A program made the translations under genes and the position numbers. The notes beneath the pieces were generated by a model. That model worked only from the letters and a program-made list of their open reading frames with translations. It made no database searches and was not told the DNA's origin. Shown in pieces: positions 10,324-25,354 of a stretch of 64,000 nucleotides of DNA. Location of the stretch: positions 620,001 through 684,000 of the forward strand of contig JAAOMT010000303.1 in NCBI GenBank assembly GCA_016748015.1. Direction: 5' to 3'. Position 1 is the first letter of the stretch. Each line of letters opens with the position of its first letter. This DNA comes from Geosiphon pyriformis uo1 (Eukaryota > Fungi > Glomeromycota).

Positions 10324-13300
10324 TTATACTTGATTTTTGCTGATCATTTGAGTTAATATTACTACAATAGGCAACCAATTAAGTCGTTTATAATATTTCT
10401 TGAATCATATACCATAAACAGGATAATTATTGAAGATTGTTCTGGATTGATCTTGAAGAATATAAAAACCATTGTTCAAAACTTTGTTGACTATAAAGAG
10501 TCCTTTCCACTGGCTAGAGAATTTATCATCATAAACATTGTCTCTGTCTAAATAGTATTTTAGTACCAAGTGACTAACACTTAAAGAAAATGTTTTATAG
10601 ATTTTCTTCTTTTTAAGCTTTTTTTGAAACTGTTTTATCTTTTCAAAAGCAATTATTTGTGCTTTTACCAAGGAGTCAAGAATGGTACCAAGTCTTCTTT
10701 GCAGAATGTTTTTGTAATTTTCTATTATGATTTTTTTAAAAGATATTGTTTCAATATTAGTTTCTATTGGTAGTGATACTATACATCCATAGAGCAGATA
10801 AAAAGATTCATACTTTTTATGTCATGATTCACAGTTTTATAAGCAAACAAAGCTAAAAACAGTACTTTGTCTTATAAGTTTGTTTTTTCACTGGTTTTGG
10901 CTAAAATTTCACATAGTGTTCTATTGAAACATTCTACTAAGCCATTTGTTTAGAGATAATAAGAGGAAGAAAGTTTATGATGTATTCCTATTTTTCTGCA
11001 AAGTTTTTCAATCAGTGTATTGAGAAAAACTCTTCTTTTATCAAATAAAAGTTTTTTGAGACAGCCATAATGGCAGATAATATTTTCATAAATAAAATTG
11101 GCTATTGAGACTGCTAATTAATCTGGAGTTGCTCTTGCTTCTACTCACTTTGTAAGATAGTCAGTAGCTGTAATAATGTATCTGTTGTTATCAGAAGTTA
11201 TTGTTAAAAATCCAACAACATTTATACCAATTCTGTCAAATGATTAACCAACAGAGATTGGATGGTTATTTTTTTTGCGATTGGATTTGTCTCTTTTTTG
11301 ACAGATGTCACAGATTTTAATGTATTTAGCAATGTCTTTTTCTAAGATAGGCCAATAATAGCAAACTAAGGTTTTCTGAATTGTTTTTGTTTTTTCAAAG
11401 TGTCAAGCTAATGGGTCAGTATACATGTTGTATATTATAATTTCTCTTTCTTCAAATTTAATGACTCTTTGGGGGCAGTCAAGATCTTTTCTGTTTCTTT
11501 TATATAATTGGTTCTGGCAGATTAAATAAAAATTTGATTGTTTGCACAAATGTTTTCTTTGCAGTCAAGTGTATTCTGGTAAATATTGTCTTTTACCCAA
11601 AAATTTCATTAAGGCAGAATAGTTGTCCAAGTCTATTATTGTTTTTGTTTGTAAAGGAGTTACTAATAATTAAGTTGGTTTGGTTTGAAAGGTTGTACTA
11701 TCACTAAATAGTAAGTTTAGAAAGAGCATTAGCATTTTGATAATTTGTTTCTTTGCAATGTTGAATATTATAGTCAAATTCATTCAAGTAAAATATCCAG
11801 CAAGTTATTTGTTTATGTTTCAGCTTTTTTTTATTGCACAGCCAAACCAAGACTTGATGATCTGTTACTATTAAGAATTTTGTACCAAAAAGATATTGAT
11901 TCCAGTAACTAGTAGTCCAAACTACTGCTAAGCATTCCTGTTCAATAACTGAATAGTTCTTTTTTACTAGTATAAGAGATCTACTGGCATATACTATGGC
12001 ATGTTTTCTGCTATTTTCATCTTTCTGTGAAAGGACAACACCAAAGTCTATAGCCAAATATATTAGTGTGAAGGATAAAAGATTGGTCCAGATCAAGTTG
12101 CTTGAGAATTGGTTCAGTAACAAGTTTTTCCTTCAGAATTTCAAAAGCTTTTTGTTAATGAGTGCTCCAGTAATAATTGATATTTTTCTTAAGTAGCTGA
12201 TTAAAAAAAAAGACAATTTTGGAGAAATCCTTGACAAATTTGCAATAATAAGAGACCAAACCAAGAAAAGAGCATAGTTTATAAACATTCATTGATTGTC
12301 TGATGTTCTGAACTTTTTCAAATTTAGCTGGATCAGGGAAGATTCTATCTTTTGTAATAAAATGACCAAGAAACTGGGTAGATTGGCATCCAAAGAAAGA
12401 TTTGATTGGGTTGATTTTAAGGCCAGCATTTCTAAGCAAGTCAAAAACCTTCTGCAAATATTTAAGGTGTTTATTCCAGGTTTTTGAGTAGACTATTATA
12501 TCATCTAGGTAGACCAAAACAAAGTTTTCTTTTACCAATTCAAATACTTTGTCTATTAGACATTAAAAGGTGGAAGAGACATTGGTAAGACCAAAAAACA
12601 TGACTGTGAATTCATAGATGCCATATTTGGTGATAAAAACAGTTTTTTTTCTGCTTTCTGGATCCATCTCTACTTGCCAGAATCCAGCAGTTAAGTCAAT
12701 GATTGAGAAAAAAGCAGCACTATTGAATTTATTTAGCATTGCATTAATTTTGGGAAGTAAGTACATATCTCTTATAGTAATGGCATTTAATTAACAGTAG
12801 TTGACACAGAAGCATAAAGTTCCACCTTTCTTGAATACCATCACAACTGAAAATGCTTATTTGCTCTTGGTTTTTTGTATGAATCCAAGATCTTTCATTC
12901 AGTTTTTTTTTTTTTGATGAACTTATCATTGTGTCAATTGGATTGATAAGGCTTTAAATGAATAAGATGAGTTTTTTTTGTGATAATGGTGTGTTGTATT
13001 ACATGTATTCATCCAGGAATATCATTTTCTTTTGAGATAACTGGGCTATTCCTAGCCAACAGATTTTCAATGTCCACTTTTTTTTCTTCAAGAGAAGATT
13101 CTCTTTGTTTTACAACTAGTGATTGAATTTCAGGTGGTTCATTTTCAAAAAACTTCTGTACTTCTTTTAGTTTTTCTTGAGATATCAAGCTAATTGGTTC
13201 CCAATCTTTGTAATAGATCAGACAGAATTTGCATTCATTACTTGGTGAATACAAAAGTTTATTACACCAGCATCATGCACAAGAACTATGCCACCAATAA

Positions 13301-15926
13301 CTGTATTAAGCTTTTTTGCCAGGTTTTCTGTCAAAGATTTTTCTAAGGATATTATAGTAGGGCCAGTAGATTAGCTTGCCATTTACTATAATTTCTTCTT
13401 TGTTAGCTTTAACCTTGTCTAATGGCTTGCCATTGCTGGTAAAGATAGTATAGACGAATTCAGCAGTTTTTTCTTGTTCTTCTTGATCTTCTTCTTTATT
13501 ACTCTCATCATTATCTGATTGTTCTTCTTCTTGGTTTTGCTTGAGTACTGGAGAAATTGTCTAATAACAACATTTAACCACAATGGGTTTTTCACCACAT
13601 TTGATGATTAGCTCACAAAGTTCATAGTCAAGTAGTGTTTTGGCATTCTTAAGCCACTCATTATTAACAATGATAGTATACTCTTTTGCTTCAAATACTT
13701 CCATATCTGTTTTAATGCTGATACTATTAATGCAAACAGAAACAGCTTTGGCTATACCCAGACCTTTTTTTTTGTCATCATATATATTGGTCATAAGCCA
13801 GATAGAAGATTTATCAATTTTTCTTCCAATGGCTTCCAAAAAGTGTTTGGCAATTACACTGACAGATGATCTACTGTTTAGAATCAAATCAATAAAGTAG
13901 CCAGCCACTTGGGCTTTGCAAATCAAAAGAGTAACATTGCTGTTGTTAGCAAGTCCAGTTTGACAAAGACATTTGTTGGTTTTTGGTGTCTTCTTTTTTG
14001 GTATTAATGATTTGCAAAGATCTTTTTTGAACTGTGGATGGATCATTAGTTGGCCAAATATAATGTGTGCTGGGGTTTTCATAAAATCTTTAACAACAGA
14101 ATAGGGGCCAGATTTTTGTACAATTTTTGAAGGTTCCAACTTTGAAAGATTCTTAAAAACTTTAGCTTTTGGTGGCTCATTGTTATCAGCAGTTGATGTG
14201 GATGCTTTCTTTGGATCTAGAACGAAATCAACCTTGGCTTTTTTCTTTTTTTTTGTCAGATCAGAAGTGTTAATTGCCAGTTCATCTATGTTATGGTCAT
14301 TATTAGTTAAATTAAAAGCAAAAAAGAGGTTTTCTTCTGGTTGGTTTGCATTTTCACTCTTTGGAAGTGCACCTACCAGTTTAAAGGCTGATAAACAGTG
14401 GTTTTAACTAAGAGATTCTTTCCAAAGAAATTGATGTTGGCATAATTGGGTCTTTGATTGGGGATATTGTTGTTAATAGTTCTGTTGTTTTGATTGTCAT
14501 TGTTTCTGGAAGCTGGAAGAGGCAGGAGAGAATTGTTGCAATCTCTGAAGAAATATTCAGTTAATTTACAGTGATAACATATAAGTAGGCCACAATTTTG
14601 TTGTTTTTGATAAGGAGGCTGCTAGAGCTGATTAAAACAGAGTTCAAATCTGGGTCTTTGAGTTTGTTGATTCTTTCTAACTGCTTGAGCCAAAGGTTTC
14701 AATAGCCAGATAAAATTTGCTGTGAGCTTATCTATTAATTGTTCATTTTGATCTGAAGTTTGAGCAGCAAAAGAGATAGCAGCCATTTGTAGAACAGGAG
14801 TCTTAATAAAAGCAGAAGTGAAAACTGGAAGAGTAGATTCCAGATGCATCCTTTGGTTATCTTTTATTCTCTGGGCAAGTTCAATAGTTATATCCATTGT
14901 GAAATTATCTTTCAAGGCCAGAAAAAGCCAAAGAACATATAATAAATCAGTTCTCAGTCTTTTTGTGAAGGAATGTATTTTCTATTCTTCTGTTCAATTT
15001 CTTCCAAAGTCTATCTGTTTAATAAGTTTTCTTATTGCTTTGACATATTCTGTTACAACTTTACCAGAGTCTTGAGTTCTTTTTTCTAATTCCATATGCC
15101 ATTTTGAGATTAAGATGGAAGTTCTAAATTTTATTTCAAACTAGGTAGTAAAAGAGGTGTTGTTTTCTCTGGTATTTGCTAATGCTCATCTAATGATTTT
15201 TTGTTGAGCATTGATATTGGTTTCTTGTGAAAACCAAGTAGTAGGAGAGCCTTAAAGGTAGCCACCAATGATTTGAAACTTATATTTATTATTATATTGG
15301 TTGGCTGTGGCAGTTCTTTCAAAGTTATTTAATCATTCAATTAGATCTTGTGCATTATTTCTAAACAAAGATAATGGAGTGTTGTTTCTTCTTTCCAAAG
15401 CAGTTTATATGTTTTAGAGGGCAATCAAAATGTTCTGTTGCATAAGATCATTAGCCATTGGTTCAGAAGTAACTGTTTAAGTAGAGTGATCTGATTTATT
15501 TGAAAAGAGATCAAAAACAGAAGCAGTTTAATAGCTTTCTTCTTCTGTTTTAAAAGAAGTTTCAGTTGATTAATGGGCAGCAATCCAAGTATGAATTTGA
15601 TGATTCAGATATTCGAAATTAGGAGACTGTTGTTCAAAGATTGTGGAATATAAAAGCTGATTGATGCTGTTGTTTCTTTCTTCAAAGTTGTCTTCAAAAT
15701 AAGCTTGATCAAAGTAATAAGTTATATAGGCTGTGTAGATTTTAGCTAAATGCTTGTTCAGAAACCAGTCCCAAAAGTCTTGGAATTATCTGCTGGATTG
15801 TTTTTCAATGGGGAAGCAAATCAAGCAGGAGGACAAAGAATTGAGTTCAATAAAGTCTAGATTGTTTTTGTTATGTGCTTCAAAGTGTTTTTCTGATTGT
15901 TGTAACAGATATGAATAATCACCTAT
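10324..15926 (-). pseudogene. gag-pol of copy B
   Basis: YLDD in ORF 12155..12538, IDLTAGFWQV in 12563..12766, RNase H in 11704..12123, protease in 13561..14139, gag fragment in 14622..14915. Confidence 0.92.
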
Positions 15927-16673
15927 ACAATAGAAAACAAAGTGGATTTTGACAACCTTACAGGAAGCACCACTTTTATGTTATGGGTTGAAATAACAAG
16001 CTAACAAATAGCAAGGGAAAACAGGATTGTAGAGTGATAGAAATAATCAAAGAAATTTCAACTTTAAAGAGCAAATTGAATGAGTAAGGATTCAATATAC
16101 AAGATTAGTCTCATAAAATATCTCAGTCACTGTACTTTTAAAAAGATAACTGGAGAATCTGAAAATAGAGAGATAGTCTGTACTGTCAACAAATGATCAC
16201 ACACTGGTATAATTTTATGCCTTATGTTGGTGCTCTTAGAATTCAATATCAGATATTAGATGTGCTCTTCAGTTATGTTTTATTCAATAATCTTCAAATA
16301 CTACAATTACACATTTCAGAAAAAAGGATAGGTAAATGCCAACAAGTAATCTTTTATTTTTAAGATGTTCAGATACTTGAAAGTAGAAAAAGAGAATTTT
16401 AGTAATAAGAGAAAGATTAAGATAAAGTTGTTATTTTATTTCTTTTATTTTTTTTGATTTTTACATACTTTTTTATAGCTAAGAGATTCATTGCTTAAAT
16501 AGCTATCAAAAGTGGTCAATGATTAGGTTAATGACTAAGTCAATAATCAGGTCAATGATCAGATCAACAGTCAAGTCATTGATCACTTTCTAAAAATAAA
16601 GTGGCTAATTTATATGACATCAATGGCTAATACATGTGATAATTAATAAGAAGTATAAGTTTCAACCATAACA

Positions 16674-17662
16674 ATACCAAGTTTTCTTTGCAAAATGTTT
16701 TTATAATTCTCTATTGTAATTTTTTCAAAGAGTATTGTTTCAATGTTAGTTTTTATTGATAGTGTTGCCATATATTCATAGAGTAGATAAAAAGATTTAT
16801 AACTTGTTATGTTATGATTTATAGTTCTATAAACAAACAAAGCTGAAGACAATACTTTGTCCCATAAGTTTGTTTCTTTATTGGTTTTGGCTAAGATTTT
16901 ACATAATGTTTTATTGAAATATTCTACTAGGCTATTTGTTTAAAAATAATAAGGGAAAGAAAGTTTATGACATATTTCCATTTTTCTGCAAAGTTCTTCA
17001 ACCAGTATACTGAAAAAAGCTCTTTCTCTATCAGATAAAAGTTCTTTAGAACAGTCATAATGGCAGATGATATCTTTATAAATGAAATTGGCTATTAAGA
17101 CTGCTGTTTGGTCTTGCTTCTACCCACTTTGTAAAATAGTTAATAGCTGTAATAATGTATCTATTACTATTAAGAGTTATTGTTAAAGATTCAATAACAT
17201 TTATGCCAATTTTGTCAAATGGTTGACCAACAGAAATTGAATAGATATTTTCTTTGCAATTAGGTTTTTTTCTTCTTTAGCAGATGTCACAGGTTTTAAT
17301 ATACTTAGCAATATTTTTTTCAATATAGATCAATAATAGTGAGCTAAGGTTTTCTGTAATGTTTTTGTTTTTTCAAAGTGTTTGGCTAATGGATTAGTAC
17401 ATTACAATTTTTTTTTCAAATCTGATGACTCTTTGAAAGCAGTCAGAATTTTTCCTGTTTCTTTTATATAACTGGTTTTGGCAAATCAAATAGAAATTTG
17501 ATTGTTTGCATAAATGTTTTCTTTGCTGTCAAGTGTATTCTGATGGGTATTGTTCTTTACCTAAAAATTCTATTAAAGCAGAGTAGTTGTTCAAGTCCAA
17601 TATCATATTTGTTTTATAAAAGAGTTACTAAGAATTAAGTTGGTTTGGTTAAGAAATTGTAC
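16674..17662 (-). mobile_element. Continuation of copy A: integrase core and zinc finger, cut by element D at GTAC 17659-17662
   Basis: Colinear with ~3063-4075 of copy C. Confidence 0.9.
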
Positions 17663-18399
17663 TGTTATGGATTGGAGTAACAAGCTAACGGATAGCAAGA
17701 GAGAACAGGATTGTAGGATGATAAAATGAATCAAAGAGAATTCAACTTCAAAGAGCAAATTGAATAAGTATGGATTCAATATGCGAGATCAGTCTCATAA
17801 AATATCTCAGTTATTATACTTTTTAAAGATAACTGAAGAATTTGAAGGTAGAAGAATAGTCTGTACTTTCAACAAATGATCACACACTGGTATAATTCTA
17901 TGTCTTACATTGACGCTCTTAAAATTCAATATTAGATATCAGATGTGCTTTTCAGTTACATTTTATTCAATAATCTTCAAATACTACAATTACATGTTTC
18001 AGGAAAAAGGTAGATAAATGCCAACAAGTAATTTTTTATCTTTAAGATGTTTAGATACTTAAAGATAGGGAAAAGAAATTTTAGTAATAAGAGAAGGATT
18101 GAAATAAAATTGTTATTTTATTTCTTTTGATTCTTATATGCTTTTCTACAGCTAAGAGATTCATTGCTTATATAGCTGTCAAAAGTAGTCAATAATTAGG
18201 TTAATGACTAGATCAATAATCAGATCAATAATCAGGTCAATAATCAGGTCATTAATCAGGTCAATGATTAGGTCAATAATCAGGTCAATGATCAGATCAT
18301 TAATCAGGTCAATGATCAGATCATTAATCAGGTTAATGATCACTTTCTAAAAATAGAGTGGCTAATTTATATAACATTAGTGGCTAATATATGTGATAA

Positions 18400-19055
18400 T
18401 TAATAAGAAGTATAAGTTTTAATCATAACATTATTCTCTCCAAAGAGATTGAGCTCTGACAAAATCAAGCTATTTATGATGTAATCTATTTGAAAAGTTT
18501 TATCTAACTCAAAGTTAACTAGTTTGTTGAAGTCTTTTGTAAATAAGGTATATAATACTTAAGGTGAAATGAGTTTTGTATCCAAAAGACCAAATCTTTG
18601 TATTAGAGTTTTGGTTCTTTTAGCAATAATTAAAATTCTTGAGACATCTAATCATATAATACCCAAAATTTCTGCCTGTATCTCTAAAGTTGTTTTTTTT
18701 AGAGTTTCATATTTTCTATAATTTCACCAAGACAACCATAGAGTTCTAATTGTCTTCCATATGACAAGTTTTTGTCTATAGGTAAGATTTTTTGGATTGT
18801 TTTTCCAATTGTGCTAGAAAGTAAAAGTATAGCTGCTATTATACTTTCTAACAGAAATTTATTCATTTTGCTACCAATTTTTTCTCTTCTGGTAATAGTT
18901 TTCTTTGGTCTAATAACAGTATGTGTTCTACTGTTATCAATTATGGTGGTTTGTTTTCTAATAGTCAAAATAGCATTTGGATAGTTTTTGATTCAATACT
19001 CATGGAGAGTATAAAAGACATTTTGAATGTTTTGATCCAAAAAATAATTGTTCAT
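18400..19055 (-). pseudogene. ORF3 of copy D
   Basis: Homologous to 2004-2660. Track ORF 18699..18968 is part of it. Confidence 0.78.
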
Positions 19056-19096
19056 GTTGATTAAAGATACCTCTGTTTTGGGAATGATGCATTTAT

Positions 19097-22000
19097 TTAT
19101 ACTTGATTTTTGCTGATTATTTGAGTCAGTATTCTCACAACAAGCAACCAATTAGGTCATTTATAATATTTTTTGAGTCATATACTATGAACAGAACAAT
19201 CATTGAAGATTGTTCTAGATTGATCTTAAAGAATATAATAACCATTGTTCAAAACTTTGTTGACTATAAAGAGTTCTTTCTATTGGCTAGAGAATTTATC
19301 ACTATAAACATTGTTTCTGTCTAAACAGTATTCTAATATTAAGTCACCAACACTTAAAAAAAGTGTTTTATAGGTTTTCTTTTTTTTTAAGCTTTTCTTG
19401 GAACTGTTTTATCTTTTCAAAAGCAATTATTTGTGCTTCTACCAAAGAGTCAAAAATGGTACCAAGTTTTCTTTGCAAAATATCTTTGTAATTTCCTATT
19501 GTAATTTCTTCAAAGGGTATTGTTTTAATGTCAGTTTCTATTGGTAGTGTTGCCATACATTCATAGAACAGATAAAAAAGTTCATAACTTGTTATGTTAT
19601 AATTCACAGTTCTATAAGCAAACAAAGCTGAAGACAGTACTTTGTTCCATAAGTTTGTTTCTTCACTGGTTTTGGCTAGGGTTTCACATAGTGTTCTATT
19701 AAAATGTTCCACTAGATCATTTGTTTAAGAGTAATAAGAGAAGAAAAATTTATGACATATTTCCATTTTTCTACAAAGTTCTTCAACCGGTATACTAAGA
19801 AAAGCTCTTCTTTTATCAAATAAAAGTTCTTTGGGGCAGCCATGATGGCAAATGATATCTTCATAAATGAAATTGGCTATTGAGACTGCTATTCAGTCAG
19901 GAGTGGCTTTTGCTTCTATTCACTTTATAAGATAATCAGTAGCTGTGATAATATATCTGTTGCCATTAGAAGTTATTGTTAAAAGTCCAATAACATCTAT
20001 ACCAATTCTGTCAAATGGTTGACCAACAAAGATTGGATGAATATTTTTTTGTGATTGGGTTTGTTTCTTCTTTGGCAGATGTTACAGGTTTTGATTTATT
20101 CAGTAATGTCTTTTCTTATGGTAGACCAATAATAGCAAGCTAAAGTTTTTTGAATTGTCTTTGTTTTTCCAAAGTGTCTAGCTAATGGGTCAGTGTACAT
20201 GTTGTATATTACAATTTCTTTTTTTTCAAATCTGATAACTCTCTGGAAGTGGTTAGGATCTTTTCTATTTCTTTTATATAATTGGTTCTGGTAGATCAAA
20301 TAGAAATTTGATTGTTTGCATAAATGTTCTCTTTGCTGTCAAGTATATTCTGGTGGGTATTGTTCTTTACCCAAAAATTTCATTAAGGCAGAGTAGTTGT
20401 CCAAGTTCATTATTGTTTTTGTTTGTAAAGGAGTTACTAATAATTAAGTTGGTTTGGTTTGAGAGATTGTACTATTACTGAATGGTAAGTTTAGAGAGAA
20501 CATTGGCATTTTGATGATTTGCTTTTTTGTGGTGTTGAATATCATAGTCGAATTCATTCAAGTGGAGTATTCAGCGAGTTATTTGTTTGTGTTCCAGCTT
20601 CTTTTTATTGCATAGCCAAACCAAGGCTTGATGATCTGTTACCACTATGAATTTTGTACCAAGAAGATATTGATTCCAGTAACTAGTAGCTCAAACTATT
20701 ACTAAGCATTCCTGTTCAATAACTGAATAGTTCTTTTCTGCTGGTATGAGAGATTTACTGGCATATGCTATAGCATGTTCTCTGCCATTTTCATCTTTCT
20801 GTGAAAAGACAATACCAAGTTCATAGCCAGATGCATCAGTGTGAAGAATAAAAGATTGGTCCAGATCAGATTGTTTGAGAATTGGTTCAGTAACAAGTTT
20901 TTTTTTTAGAATTTCAAAAGCTTTTTGTTGATGAGTGCCCCAGTAATAATTGACATTTTTTCTGAGTAGCTGATTGAGAGGAAAGACTATTTTAAAGAAA
21001 TCCTTAATAAATTTGTGATAATAAGAAGCCAAACCAAAGAAAGAGCATAGTTCAAGAACATTTATTAGTTGTTTAATGTTCTAGACTTTTTCAACTTTAG
21101 CTGAGTTAGAGAAGATTCCATTTTTTGTAATAAGATAACCAAGAAACTGGGTGAATTGGCATCCAAAGAAAGATTTGATTGGGTTGATCTTAAGGCCAAC
21201 ATTTCTGAGCAGGTCAAAAACCTTCTGCAAATGTTCAAGATATTTATTCCAGGTTTTTAAGTAGACCATTATGTCATCTAAGTAGACCAGAACAAAGTTT
21301 TTTTTTACTGATTCAAATACTTTGTCCATTAAGCATTGAAAGGCGAGAGGAGTATTGATAAGACCAAAAAGCATGACTGTAAATTTATAGATATCATACT
21401 TGATAATGAAAGCAGTTTTTTTTCTGCTTTTTGGATCTATCTCTATTTGTTAGAATCCAGCAGTTAAGTCAATGATTAAAAAAAAAGCAGCACCATTGAA
21501 TTTATCTAGCATTGCATCAATTTTGGAGAGTGGATACATGTCTCTTATAGTAATAGTATTTAGTTGGTGGTAGTCAACACAGAAGCTTAGGGTTCCATCT
21601 TTCTTGGATATTACTATAACTGAAAAAGCCCATTTACTCTTGGTTTCTTGTATAAATCCAAGATCTTTTATTTGGTTTATCTTTTTTTTGATAAACTCAT
21701 TATTATGTCAATTGGATTGATAAGGCTTCAAATGAATGGGATGAGTTTTATTTGTGGTAATGGTGTGTTGTATCATATGAGTTCATCTAGGGGTATTATT
21801 TTCTTTTGAGATAACTGGGCTATTCTTAGCCAACAGATTTTCAATGTTCATTTTTCTTTTTTTAGGGAAAAGTTCTTTTTGTTCTATAACTAAAGATTGG
21901 ATTTCAGGTGGTTCACTCTCAAAGAACATTTGTACTTCTTTTAGTTCTTCTCTGGGTATCAAACTAATTGGCTTTCAATCTTTGTAATAGATTAGGCAGG

Positions 22001-24655
22001 ACTTGCATTTATTACTAGGAGAATACAAAGGTTTATTGCACCAGTACTTGGCACAAAGACCATGCCACCAATAATTGTATTTTGCTTTCTTGCCAGGTTT
22101 TCTATCAAAAGTTCTTCTGAGGATATTATAGTAGGGCCAGTAGATCAGCTTGTTATTTATCATAATTCCTTCTTTGTCAGCTTTAATATTTTTTAGTGGC
22201 TTGTCATTTCTGATAAAGATAATATAAGCAAGTTCAATAGTTTCTTTTGGTTCTTCTTGATCTTCTTCTTCATCACTCTCATTATCATCTGATTCATCTG
22301 ATTGTTTTTCTTCTTGGTTTTGCTTGAGTACTAGAGGAGTTGTCCAATGGCAATATTTAACCACAATGAATTTTTCATCACATCTGATGGTTAGCTTACA
22401 AAGTTCATAATCAAGTAGCACTTTAGCTTTTTTAAGCCACTTATTGCCAACAATTATGGTGTACTCTTTTGCTTTAGATACTTCCATATTAGTTTCAATG
22501 CTAATGTTATTGATTCGAACAAGAACAGCTTTGGCTATGTCCAGATCTTTCTTCTTGTCATCATGTATATTGCTCATTGGTCTGGTGAATAGTTTATCAA
22601 TTTTTCTGCCAATTGCTTCTAAGAAGTGTTTGACAATGACACTAACAGATAATCTACTGTTTAAGATCAGATCAATGAAATAACCAGCCACTTGGGCTTT
22701 ACAAATAAGAGGAGTAACATTGCTGTTATCAGCAAATCCAACTTGGCATGGATGTTTGTTGGTCTTTAATGTCTTTTTTTTGGAATTAATGATTTGTGAA
22801 TATTTTTTTAAAACTGTGGATGGGTTATTAATTGGCCAAAAGTGATATGTGCTGGGGTTTCTATAAGATTTTTCACAACAGAATAGGGTCCAAATTTTTG
22901 TACAATTTCTGGGGGTTCCAACTTTAGAGAATTCTTAAAAACTTTAGCCTTTGATGGTTTATTGTTATCAGCAGTGGAAGTTAAGGCTTTGTTGGAATCT
23001 AAAATGAAATCAATCTTGGCTTTCTTCTTCTTTCTTGTTAAGTCAGAGGGGTTGATTGCCAGTTCATTTATATTATGATTATCATTAGTTAGGTTAAAGA
23101 CATAAAAAAAATTTTCTTCTGGTTGGCTTGTACTCTCATCTTTTGGAGGTGTGCCTATTAGTTTAATGGCTGATAAACAGTAGCTTTAACTAGGAGATTC
23201 TCTTCAAAGAAATTGATGTTGGCATGATTGGGTCTTTGATTGGAAACATTGTTATTGATGATTTTGTTGTTTTGATTATTATTGTTTTTAGGAGCTGGAG
23301 ATGGCAAAAGAGAATTGTTGTAATTTCTTGAAAAATTTCCAGTTAATTTACAGTAGCACACAGGTGGGCCACAATTTTGCTGTCTTTAGTAATAGGACTG
23401 TTAAGGCTGATTGAAACATGGTTTAAATCTAGGGTTTTGTAATTGCTAGTTGTCTCTAACTGCTTGGGCTAATGGTTTTAATAGCCAAGCAAGATTTGCT
23501 GTAAGTTTATCTATCAACTGTTTATTGAGATCTTGAGTTTAAGCAACAAAAGAGATAGCAGCCATTTGTGGAGCAAGAGCAAGAGCAAAAATTAGAAGAA
23601 TAGATCTCAGGTGCACTCTTTGGTTATTTTCTATTTTCTGGGCAAGTTCAATAGCCATATTTATTATGGAATTATCTTTTAAGACCAAAAGGGGCTAAAG
23701 AGCATATAACAGATCTGTTCTCAATCTTTTTATAAAAAAATAAATTTTTTGCTCTTCTGTTCAGTTTTTTTCAGAGTCTATTTTTTTAATTAACTTTTTG
23801 ATGGCTTTGGCATATTTAGTTACCACTTTACTGGGACTTTGGGTTCTTCTTTTTAGTTCCATGTGCTATTTAGAAATTAAAATGGAAGTTCTGAATTTAT
23901 TTTCAAAATGAGTAGTAAAAAAGATATTTTTTTTTCCAGCATTTGTTAATGTTCATCTAATGATCCTTTGGTGAGCACCAGCATTGGTTTTTTGTAAGAA
24001 CCAAGTAGCAGGAAAGCCTTGAAAGTAACCACCAATGATTTGGAATTTGTATTCAGCATCATATTGGTTGGCAGTAGCTGTTCTCTCAAAATCATCCAAT
24101 CATTCAATTGGATCTTGTATATTGCTTCTAAATAAGAATAGTGGAATGTTGTTTTTTCATCTTAAAGCAGTTTGTATATCTTGGAGGGCAGCTAAGATAT
24201 TTGCTTGCATGAGGTCAACAGTCATTGGTTTAGAAGTAATTGTTTGTGTAGATAAGTTTGGTTCACTCGATAAAAGATCAAAAACAGAAGCAGTTTGATA
24301 GCTTTTTTTTTCTGTTTCAAAAAGAGTCTTAACTAATTGATGGGCAGCAATCCAAATAATTCAAATATTCGAAATCAGAAGACTGTTGTTCAAAGATTGT
24401 TGAATATAAAAGTTGATTGATGCTATTGTTTCTTTCTTCAAAGTAATAAGTTGTATAAGCTGTATAGATTTTAGCTAAATGCTTATTCAGGAACTAGTTC
24501 CAAAAGTCTTGGAATTGTCTACTGGATTGTTCTTCAATGAGAAAGCAAATCAAGCAGAAAGGCAAAAAATTAAGTTTAATAAAGTCTAGATCATTTTTGT
24601 TGTGTGCTTCAAAGTGTTTTTCTGATTGTTGTGCCAGATATAAATAATTATTCAT
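19097..24655 (-). pseudogene. gag-pol of copy D
   Basis: YLDD (ORF 21081..21374), RNase H LHTDASGY (20691..21032), integrase MEHFNRTL (19368..19712), zinc-knuckle remnant (23158..23361). Confidence 0.92.
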
Positions 24656-25354
24656 ACAATAGGAAACAAAGTGAATTTTGACAATCTCACAGAGAGCACC
24701 ACTTTTATGTTATGGATTGGAGTAACAAACTAATAGATAGCAAGAGAAAACAGGATTGTAGAGTGATGAAAAAAATCAAAGAGAATTCAACTTCAAAGAG
24801 TAAATTGAATAAATATAAATTCAATATGCAAGATTAGTTTCATAAAATATCTTAGTCACTATACTTTTCAAAAGATAATCAGAGAATCTGAAGATAAAAA
24901 AATAATCATACACTAGTATAATTCTATGTCTCACATCAGTGCTCTTAGAATTCAATATCAGGTATTAGATGTACTTTTTAGTCACATTTTATTCAATAAT
25001 CTTCAAATGCTACAATTACATGTTTCAGGAAAAAGATAGAAAATAATCAACAAGTGATCTTTTATTTCAAAATATTTGGATACTTGAAGATAAGAAAAGG
25101 GAATTTAGTAATAAGAGAAGAATTGAGATGAAAGTTGTTATTTTATTTTTTTTCTTTCTTTGATTTTTACATGTTTTTCTATAGCTAAGAGATTCATTAC
25201 TTATATAGCTATTAAAAGTGATTAATGATTAGGTTAACAATTAGGTCAATTATCAGGAAAATAATCACTATCTAAAAATAGAGTGGCTAATTATATAACA
25301 TCAGTGGCTAATAAATGTTATAATTAATAAGAAGTATAGGTTTCAACTATAACA

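Larger units (their letters stand above)
1212..16673 (-). mobile_element. Gypsy family A full-length copy B (3' LTR 1212-1368 + 9156-9656, internal 9657-15978, 5' LTR 15979-16673); contains copy C
   Basis: TGTTATGG...CCATAACA termini. TSD ATAC at 1208-1211 and 16674-16677, with host integrase contiguous across it. PBS next to the right LTR, PPT next to the left LTR. Confidence 0.92.
17663..25354 (-). mobile_element. Gypsy family A full-length copy D (LTRs 17663-18430 and 24708-25354); probably a recombinant of two copies
   Basis: TG...CA termini; PBS at 24683-24701. The flanks (GTAC, GTAT) come from non-contiguous host sequences, and the two LTRs differ at diagnostic positions. Confidence 0.88.
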
